Source of the DNA: a virus
Lineage: Duplodnaviria > Caudoviricetes
DNA: 64,000 nt
IMG/VR virus record: IMGVR_UViG_3300021387_000535
Coordinates: 1-64,000 of that record
Strand: one strand, 5' to 3'
Part shown: one piece after another, positions 57,429 to 64,000 of the stretch
Layout of the letters: the number at the start of each line of letters is the position of its first letter
Position numbering within the stretch: the first letter of the stretch is position 1
Position numbers and translations under genes: made by a program
The notes under the pieces: model-generated
The model's input: the letters and a program-made list of their open reading frames with translations, nothing else
The model's database searches: none
What the model was told of the DNA's origin: nothing

Positions 57429-57458
57429 GAATTTTATTAACTTAAAACACAGTGAGAT

Positions 57459-57677
57459 ATGAGTAAGATTAGTGAAAAGCGTATGATGTACGCCAAGGTT
57501 CTCACCGAGAATGGTGTTGACCTTACAAAGAGTTACTACGCACAGCCAGACAGTCAGTTGCGCGTCGTCTTCAAGTCGTGTGAAATATTCAAGTTCAAAA
57601 GCACAAACCCGTGTCGCACGAATGCCGAGCAGTTCTATTATGCGGCGCAGGCAGGTTTCAAACTATTAAACAAGTAA
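57459..57677 (+). CDS. Small early protein
   Basis: 72 aa. Confidence 0.6.
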   Translation: MSKISEKRMMYAKVLTENGVDLTKSYYAQPDSQLRVVFKSCEIFKFKSTNPCRTNAEQFYYAAQAGFKLLNK

Positions 57678-57681
57678 GATT

Positions 57682-57972
57682 ATGACAGTATTATCGAGCA
57701 AGAACTTTTCGTTCTATGAGATAGACGAAGAGCTTAAAGAAAACTTCAAGGCTGTGTTATGGGATGAGCTTTCTTCGTATCATGCCGAATGCTTGAAGTG
57801 GGTTGGCAATGCTATTCGCCCCGTTGACTCCCAATGGTTCTGGTCGGGTGGCGCGTATTGTTGGTATGATAAAACACAAACGCACGAATATCGCGTTTGG
57901 CAGACCGTTAACGGAAACCTCATGTATGAGGATTGCACTAATGATAAATTATATGTGGTTCATTTTAATTGA
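57682..57972 (+). CDS. Small early protein
   Basis: 96 aa, aromatic-rich. Confidence 0.6.
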   Translation: MTVLSSKNFSFYEIDEELKENFKAVLWDELSSYHAECLKWVGNAIRPVDSQWFWSGGAYCWYDKTQTHEYRVWQTVNGNLMYEDCTNDKLYVVHFN

Positions 57973-57987
57973 TAGGAGAAAAGGATT

Positions 57988-58434
57988 ATGACATGTAAAG
58001 AATATTGGAACAACATAGTATGTGAGTTGAATAAGAAAAGCCTTCCGATTCGTAGTTTTGGTTTCGGCGAGTTCTACACAGAGGTTCAGTACGTTACACT
58101 TGACGCGCTTAGACGAGAGGATTGGCCGAATGGGATTGCGGAAAACAGTGTGTACGTTACGTTCGGAATAGACATGGCAATGATGACGGTTGAATGCGCA
58201 TCTTGCGGCCATATTTGGTTGACGAATGAAGACAAAAGAAAGTCCAACCTCGCCATGTGTAGCATCAAGAAAGCGCACAAGGCTATCGGAAAGACTTGGA
58301 TGAGGAAGTCTAAGTTTAAGAATACCGAGGACTTGGCTAAGAAAATCGACAAGTTCTGGTCATCAGTTCTTGAAACTCTCAATGAAGTTACGGGTGGTTA
58401 TCCATACAAGGAAATGAAAATAAATATTTATTGA
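57988..58434 (+). CDS. Hypothetical early protein
   Basis: 148 aa. Confidence 0.65.
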   Translation: MTCKEYWNNIVCELNKKSLPIRSFGFGEFYTEVQYVTLDALRREDWPNGIAENSVYVTFGIDMAMMTVECASCGHIWLTNEDKRKSNLAMCSIKKAHKAIGKTWMRKSKFKNTEDLAKKIDKFWSSVLETLNEVTGGYPYKEMKINIY

Positions 58435-58435
58435 T

Positions 58436-58621
58436 ATGATAAGTTTTGAAGTTCATGTTATCGGCTTTAATGTCGATACATTTATAACGAGATACGCTTG
58501 GTATATCAAATCATGGACGCGTAGCTGGTATGATGGTAGAATATTTAATCTAATTGCACCGCAAGAGGTTTACAACGAGATTGACTCCTTAACCGAAGAG
58601 TGTATTGAAATCCTTAAATAA
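58436..58621 (+). CDS. Small early protein
   Basis: 61 aa. Confidence 0.5.
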   Translation: MISFEVHVIGFNVDTFITRYAWYIKSWTRSWYDGRIFNLIAPQEVYNEIDSLTEECIEILK

Positions 58622-58736
58622 AAAATGACAAATGGCAAAGTTTAATTTTGGAAACTATATACCTGTTGACTTAAGAGTTTTATAAACTTTGTGATATTTA
58701 TTATTATAATAACGAAACAAACATATATAAAGAAAT

Positions 58737-59105
58737 ATGAAGAGAATAACAAGATTAACAGAAAGTGACCTTCGTAGAATCGTGAAAGAGTCTGTAAAGA
58801 AGGTATTAAAAGAAGGAGTTTTTGATAGTAAACGTATACAAGTGGAACTTGATAATTCTTTAGGTGGTGGGGCGATGGTTGCCGATTTTTATTCAAGTGA
58901 CGATATGGTAACAATTATCACACGTGGTAATGGGGTTAATTTACACGAACTTGATACTGTTATGAATGAATTAGGGTATGAGAAATTTCGAATGATTCCA
59001 AAGGCTTGCGATGAACACCTTTTCATCCATAAAGATAGTTTAGGGAAGTATTATGATGACGAAACCACAAATAGGCTAAAAATGGAACACGGTTTTGATG
59101 TTTAA
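58737..59105 (+). CDS. Passenger gene with MKRITRLTESDLRRIVKESV N-terminal motif
   Basis: 122-aa ORF wholly inside the TIRs. Confidence 0.75.
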   Translation: MKRITRLTESDLRRIVKESVKKVLKEGVFDSKRIQVELDNSLGGGAMVADFYSSDDMVTIITRGNGVNLHELDTVMNELGYEKFRMIPKACDEHLFIHKDSLGKYYDDETTNRLKMEHGFDV

Positions 59106-59125
59106 GCAACCTTACACAGCCTTAA

Positions 59126-59233
59126 TTAACTCCAAGTAACAATCACTCCAATGGACTTGTTGAACATATCCTCAAAGCGTTCCAATCGGGACGCTTTTCT
59201 TGTGTTCCAACAATACATGCTTTTATTGACATC
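59126..59233 (-). pseudogene. C-terminal remnant of an IS1595-family transposase
   Basis: DVNKSMYCWNTRKASRLERFEDMFNKSIGVIVTWS* resembles the recalled Y.DE..FRWNTR....ERF..M tail. Confidence 0.6.
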
Positions 59234-59534
59234 TTCACTTCAGTCAACAGGTATATAATTCCCTTAATTTTTCAATCACGGCGCACGTTAATAATGGCGC
59301 TATGGTTATTTATTCAAAAGACTATGTCTTCAATGTAACGCAGTTAGTTCGGTTTTGACATTAGCCGAATTTTGCATGCCGTTTAGACATTGGTCTATTG
59401 ATGATGGCGATGATGTTGTAGGTTGCACTTATTGTCAATATGTGTCTTATGATGACAACAAAGAGGACTACCTACTTGCATCGTGGTACGAGGTCGACGA
59501 AGATGATTGTATAATACTTTAACACTACAATGAT

Positions 59535-60021
59535 ATGAAAAACGTAGAATTAAACAAGATGATTGAAGAAATGTGTGCTTTTGTAAAGGAGCACACAAGC
59601 GACGACATGAGTGAGCAGATCAAGCCGTTCGTGGATGAGTTTGGAGGTCATGCGGTGTTCGCCTATGCACATTGGTACGAGCGTAACTTCGAACGCAATT
59701 TGCGTAGTGACTACAAGCGCAAGACAACCTACACGTCGGACTTCTCTATCGCCGAGTGGCGTGTTGGCGTTGAGGGTATGTCGGCCATTGCAGACACATT
59801 GCGCAATGCACTAACGAATTGGCATGACGACATTGAGTTCTTTGCGGAGATTATTATTGTGCTAAATATGAAGGCTTGGGAACATTGCGCGTGGTAATTA
59901 CAATTACGCAAGGATGTATAGCACGCTCTACCTCGACGCGAAATGCTTGTACTTTGATTGGTTTGATGAGTCTCATAAAGACCACAACAAAGCAATGGAA
60001 TATTATTTACAATTATGTTGA
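59535..60021 (+). pseudogene. Frameshifted early gene (stop at 59897, continuation in another frame)
   Basis: ...KAWEH / ARGNYNYARMYSTLY... reading resumes after a slip near 59886. Confidence 0.45.
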
Positions 60022-60026
60022 CTAAT

Positions 60027-60260
60027 ATGAAATACAAAAAAGAATTACAAAGATTTATCGGTATCGTTAATGAATTAGGCGAATACTATATTCATGACGC
60101 TTCGATTAAATATAATTTCGAGAAGTGGGTTATGCTTCCGTCTTGTGGTCGTAGATTTAAGATGAACGAAGAGCAATTCAAAGAGTTTACGGATAAGACG
60201 ACGGCAAAGTTTCTCGGGTATTGTACTTATGGACAAGGTATAGGTTTAGACAAGTTATAA
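60027..60260 (+). CDS. Small early protein
   Basis: Start MKYKKEL. Confidence 0.55.
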   Translation: MKYKKELQRFIGIVNELGEYYIHDASIKYNFEKWVMLPSCGRRFKMNEEQFKEFTDKTTAKFLGYCTYGQGIGLDKL

Positions 60261-60263
60261 AAT

Positions 60264-60464
60264 ATGAAGAGTGTAATTAATTATCTGGTTTGTACGGCGG
60301 TTCTCTTTGTAGCCACCGTACTTACTTGCAGTGGCGGTTGGTTGTCGCTTGTGGGTTTGTGTTGGTGTGGCTTGCTTTATGCAAGCGGTAAGCTATTTCC
60401 TAAGTTTTGGAAATCTTTCTGGGTTAGTAACATCAAAATATTGTCTTATTTTAATTGCTTATGA
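60264..60464 (+). CDS. Small membrane protein
   Basis: Two hydrophobic segments. Confidence 0.55.
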   Translation: MKSVINYLVCTAVLFVATVLTCSGGWLSLVGLCWCGLLYASGKLFPKFWKSFWVSNIKILSYFNCL

Positions 60465-60558
60465 ATACGACGGAAATACGAAGGCGCGTAATGATTCATA
60501 ACGGTCTTTAACGCGCACGCACGGGTAATAAATAATTATTAAATATAAATAATAAACA

Positions 60559-61350
60559 ATGAAACAATATGTAACCTATCTTCGCGTCTCGACTCAGCGT
60601 CAAGGCGCACAAGGACTTGGTATCTCTGCACAGAGGAATATGTGCGAGAACTTTATCAAACAAAACAAAGGAAAGCAAGTCCAAGAATTTATGGATGTAG
60701 AAAGTGGTACGCATCGTGACAGAAAGGGTCTATGGCAAGCGATTGACTACTGCAAGAAGAATGGTTGCAGCTTAGTAATTGCGAAGTTGGACAGAATGAG
60801 CAGGGATGTGGAGTTTACTTTCAAGGTAATTAACACAGGCATAGACATTCACTTTACGGATATGCCCGTTGTCAATTCAATGATACTAGGTGTATTTGCC
60901 GCCGTTGCTCAATACGAGCGGGAAATGGTATCAGATAGAACAAAGAAGGCTCTCGCGGTCAAGAAGGCGCAAGGTTGCAAGATGGGTGCTGCAAACGAAA
61001 TATACCGTCTTAATTACAAGAACAAAACCGAAGAAGAAAAGGCGAAAGTTCAGGCGGCAAAGGGGACATCAAAGAGGAATGGCCATCACGCTTCTAAAGA
61101 CGTGCAAGGTTTCATTAAGGTTGTGCGTAAGGAGTTCAAGCAACTTAAATCGGACAACCCGAGCGAATGGAATTGGTCTATCGTTAATTGCAAAAGACCG
61201 CATCTTAACAACATGCTTGAAAGAATGCAAGAGTATCAGATGTTTGATTCATCTTTGTTTGAGAGATGGGACTTCAATGCGCCGAACGTTGAGCAGAAAT
61301 TTAGGAGTTACATGCAGGCGTTCAAGAAGTCTTATTATAGTGTGTGTTAA
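60559..61350 (+). CDS. Small serine recombinase (resolvase/invertase family)
   Basis: YLRVSTQRQ (catalytic Ser), ESG...R, LVIAKLDRMSRD, AQYEREMVSDRTK. Confidence 0.92.
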   Translation: MKQYVTYLRVSTQRQGAQGLGISAQRNMCENFIKQNKGKQVQEFMDVESGTHRDRKGLWQAIDYCKKNGCSLVIAKLDRMSRDVEFTFKVINTGIDIHFTDMPVVNSMILGVFAAVAQYEREMVSDRTKKALAVKKAQGCKMGAANEIYRLNYKNKTEEEKAKVQAAKGTSKRNGHHASKDVQGFIKVVRKEFKQLKSDNPSEWNWSIVNCKRPHLNNMLERMQEYQMFDSSLFERWDFNAPNVEQKFRSYMQAFKKSYYSVC

Positions 61351-61522
61351 ACTTAACCAAATAACAACTTAAAACAAAATCATTATGGCAATAATCGTAT
61401 TTATCGGATTCTTTTTCTATCTTATTGGTGGTTGCTGGAACAAATAAACTGTTAACAATCAACACGGAGGCGCGGATGTGCCGATAAGAAATCAAGTAAT
61501 AAACTAAAAACAAAGAAAGATT

Positions 61523-61888
61523 ATGAAATACTATAATTACGAACAGTTCAAACAAATGAAAAAGAAAGCCTTCAATTGGAAGATTGACGGCATTCTAAAT
61601 AAATATTTTGACGACACATTCGGTGCTGACGTATTGTGTGACATGAATGGAAATGTTGATACGATTGAGATATGCAAGCTTTCCGATGTCTCGGTCAATT
61701 CGGAAACATGGACACATTATGCTAATATCGTTTTGTGGGATGATGGAACGTGGGAAGTTAACTCGCAGTTCAACGGAGAACGCGAGGACGAAATGTGGGT
61801 GTACGTATACTACAAGCGTTTTGCCGATGCTTGCAAATGTGTAGCTAACGGAAAGTTTGAAAATATGAAACCTATCAAAATATATTGA
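61523..61888 (+). CDS. Hypothetical early protein
   Basis: 121 aa. Confidence 0.6.
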   Translation: MKYYNYEQFKQMKKKAFNWKIDGILNKYFDDTFGADVLCDMNGNVDTIEICKLSDVSVNSETWTHYANIVLWDDGTWEVNSQFNGEREDEMWVYVYYKRFADACKCVANGKFENMKPIKIY

Positions 61889-62042
61889 CTATGAAGTATT
61901 ATGATGCACAAGGTAACGAGGTTAGTAAGTCAAGGTACTACTACCTTTTAGGTAAGACAAAGAAAGGGGAATTCTATCTCACTTATGAAGTCAAAGAAGA
62001 TGGCTATCGTGAGTTGTTACATTCAATTTAAATTAAAAAAAT

Positions 62043-62324
62043 ATGGGGAAAGAAATAGACGTTGCAAAAGGCGTAGGGATGTCCGAACGCCAATTTGCTA
62101 TGATAACTGGTTATAGGTTCGGATTAGATGTTTCACGTTACCAAACGTCGCTTGCTATAGCAAACGAAATACAAGACGACAAGGTGATGTGGACAGGATA
62201 CAAGGCAAAGGTCGTTAAGGATACACTTAAGAAAATCATCCGATTTCTTGGTGGTTCTACCGACGTTAAGATGAGTGATTATTTCGACACTAATGCGAGT
62301 ACGATTGATTGTTTTACAAAATAA
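62043..62324 (+). CDS. Hypothetical early protein
   Basis: 93 aa. Confidence 0.55.
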   Translation: MGKEIDVAKGVGMSERQFAMITGYRFGLDVSRYQTSLAIANEIQDDKVMWTGYKAKVVKDTLKKIIRFLGGSTDVKMSDYFDTNASTIDCFTK

Positions 62325-62332
62325 TAATTAAA

Positions 62333-62476
62333 ATGAAAGAAAAAGTATGCTGCATTTGTGGTAAGTCGTTCACTGGCTATGGTAACAACCCTTGGCCGAT
62401 TATGAACGAAGGTGAGTGTTGTGACGAATGCAATAAAAAAGTTATTGCAGAACGTTTATTATTGTTGTACAAATAA
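62333..62476 (+). CDS. 47-aa zinc-finger microprotein (not in ORF track)
   Basis: CCICGKSFTGYGNNPWP...CCDECN. Confidence 0.7.
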   Translation: MKEKVCCICGKSFTGYGNNPWPIMNEGECCDECNKKVIAERLLLLYK

Positions 62477-62485
62477 GACTATAGT

Positions 62486-62719
62486 ATGGTTAACGTTAAC
62501 GAGAACAAAGAGCAAAGCATGTCGCAGTGCAACATGATTGCCGAGTGGTTGAACAAGGGTTATTCCCTTACGAGTCTTGATGCGTTGCGGTTGTTTGGAT
62601 GCATGCGGCTCGCATCCCGCATCCACGACCTTCGTGAACGTGGTATGAACATTAACGCCTGTAAGATTAAAACCGAAACGGGCAAGTATGTAACCGAGTA
62701 TGTATTATCTTCTAACTAA
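62486..62719 (+). CDS. Winged helix-turn-helix protein (HTH_39-like)
   Basis: LTSLDAL..FGCMRLASRIHDLRERG. Confidence 0.75.
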   Translation: MVNVNENKEQSMSQCNMIAEWLNKGYSLTSLDALRLFGCMRLASRIHDLRERGMNINACKIKTETGKYVTEYVLSSN

Positions 62720-62726
62720 AACGATT

Positions 62727-63017
62727 ATGGAAACAAGAGTATGTGAGACATGTGGTCGTGAACTCACCATCGACCACTTTGCAAGAAACAAGTATGGCAT
62801 GGCTCGTTCGTGCAAGGAATGTAACGGAAGAAAAATATCCGAAGGACGCGCTTTCAAGAACAAAGTCAGTGAGCTTGAGAAGGAACTAATTGAGGCAAAG
62901 AATATTCGCCTTAAGGATTTCACACCGCGTGAGCTTATGGAAGAGCTTGCAAGGCGCGGCTATCGTGGCAAGCTAACGTATACACAAGTGCACGAAATCG
63001 ATTTAAACAACATCTAA
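62727..63017 (+). CDS. Zinc-ribbon protein
   Basis: CETCGREL...F...CKEC and FTPRELMEELARRGY.G.L. Confidence 0.7.
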   Translation: METRVCETCGRELTIDHFARNKYGMARSCKECNGRKISEGRAFKNKVSELEKELIEAKNIRLKDFTPRELMEELARRGYRGKLTYTQVHEIDLNNI

Positions 63018-63128
63018 GGCATTCTAACGGCGTTTCTTTGTTGTTGTGGGATAACTACCCACCCGACAAAAGAAATGCGCTTACAGGCGTGATACAACAA
63101 CGAATATAATTTTAAACAAAATAACATT

Positions 63129-63350
63129 ATGGATTACAAAATTGTAGACAACTTCATGTACTATGTATTTAACGACTGGTGCAGGGAAGAGGCTGTAAGG
63201 ATTTATGGCGAGAATCTTGGCATGCACATCTTTAAGAAATGGGAGGTGTGCAGGATAGACGGTGGCGACCAATTAGAATGGTATGCTAACCTTGACTCTG
63301 AATGTAGGCGAAAGCTTGTTGAACGTGCAAACGAAGTGTATAACAAATAA
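63129..63350 (+). CDS. Small early protein
   Basis: 73 aa. Confidence 0.6.
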   Translation: MDYKIVDNFMYYVFNDWCREEAVRIYGENLGMHIFKKWEVCRIDGGDQLEWYANLDSECRRKLVERANEVYNK

Positions 63351-63362
63351 TAGAATTAAGCT

Positions 63363-63599
63363 ATGAACAAAGAAAGAAGAAATACTATTGACGGAATAAT
63401 CGATAGCCTCAACAAAGTTAGTGATGACCTTTATTTCGTACAAGAAGAAGAACAAAGTGCATACGACAACCTATCGGATGGCCTAAAGGAAACCGAACGT
63501 GGGGAGAGGATACAAGAATGCGCGGACGAACTTCAAGATGCTTTTGATAATCTACGTGATGTAATCGAAAGTTTGGAGAATATTATTAACGAGTATTGA
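63363..63599 (+). CDS. Acidic coiled-coil phage protein
   Basis: MNKERR...EEEQSAYDNL...ERGE pattern. Confidence 0.7.
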   Translation: MNKERRNTIDGIIDSLNKVSDDLYFVQEEEQSAYDNLSDGLKETERGERIQECADELQDAFDNLRDVIESLENIINEY

Positions 63600-63601
63600 T
63601 T

Positions 63602-63760
63602 ATGGACGAATATCAGTTAGACGAGTATTGCCGTAGGCATCCGTATTGCGATTGCAAATGTCATTCGTGTTTGGCGTTCATACAACACATAAGGCACGAA
63701 ATGGGTTGGGACGAATGCGAAGAAGACTACGAAGTTGAAGACGACGACGATGATGAATAA
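63602..63760 (+). CDS. 52-aa Cys/His-rich protein with acidic tail (not in ORF track)
   Basis: MDEYQLDEYCRRHPYCDCKCHSCLAF...EEDYEVEDDDDDE. Confidence 0.6.
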   Translation: MDEYQLDEYCRRHPYCDCKCHSCLAFIQHIRHEMGWDECEEDYEVEDDDDDE

Positions 63761-63777
63761 AGTTGTTCACAATCAAC
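63759..63777 (+). repeat. 19-bp direct repeat, copy 2
   Basis: AAAGTTGTTCACAATCAAC, identical at 57345-57363. Confidence 0.8.
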
Positions 63778-64000
63778 ACCGCCGCCGCGCGTTCGTTTGA
63801 AATTTTAACAACGGGGCGGAATGAAAGGAAAAATATAAATATGCTTAATAAATTTTGCATATCAAAAATAAATGCGTATTTTTGCATTGATTTTTCATAT
63901 TAAATTCTTGTGTTTTTAGTTAGTTACCTTGATTTGTCTGTGAAAGATAATAAATCATAGGAATAGTTTTAAGTTGATTTTTGCACCGCAAGGCTTGTGA

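Larger units (their letters stand above)
58650..59263. mobile_element. Non-autonomous IS1595-like insertion cassette
   Basis: 26-bp TIRs (23/26 identical, 16-bp perfect core TATATACCTGTTGACT); 8-bp TSD TTAATTTT at 58642-58649 and 59264-59271. Confidence 0.85.

Noticed and set aside
57377-57430. Canonical tRNA gene
   Set aside because: No D-arm, anticodon arm or CCA; kept only as a tRNA-like element
53429-57450. Recurring ATTAACT(T)AAAA motif upstream of early genes
   Set aside because: Consistent with ordinary A/T-rich Bacteroidetes translation-initiation leaders
1-64000. Stop-codon reassignment
   Set aside because: Long structural and replication genes are intact under the standard bacterial code

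Overview
64-kb segment of a tailed dsDNA phage (long-tailed, siphovirus-like) that probably infects Bacteroidales, most likely Prevotella/Segatella. Host evidence: many TTTG-N19-21-TAnnTTTG promoters, A-rich leaders lacking Shine-Dalgarno sites, and Prevotella-type interspersed repeats. Layout: (1) 1-4390 (+) replication/recombination genes (beta clamp, DnaA-domain-IV-like protein, RusA); (2) 4482-7892 (-) a self-contained cassette of unknown function; (3) 8135-24712 (-) terminase, portal, lysis genes, fibres and tail-tip genes; (4) 24900-38765 (+) scaffold, capsid, head-tail, tail tube, frameshifted tail chaperone, 2234-aa tape measure protein, Dit-like; (5) 38865-51847 (-) SSB, Nmad1-like, primase-helicase, TAGT/GREB1-like glycosyltransferase cassette, replication initiator, two amino-methyltransferases, HNH endonuclease, PAPS-reductase-like protein; (6) ~51950-53450 non-coding, skew-switching region (possible genome end or origin); (7) 53467-64000 (+) early/accessory genes including an AAA+/VWA-like pair and a serine recombinase. 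Most notable non-ORF signals read from the sequence: a pistol-ribozyme fold (54069-54167); two leaders sharing a promoter / hairpin / terminator-like-hairpin design with complementary loops (44827-44990, 46187-46326); a 614-bp IS1595-like non-autonomous cassette with TIRs, an 8-bp TSD and a jumbo-phage-type passenger gene (58650-59263); and an HNH insertion that duplicates the methyltransferase N-terminus. No integrase, DNA polymerase, reverse transcriptase, CRISPR array or stop-codon recoding was seen. All family assignments come from recalled motifs; no database search was run.
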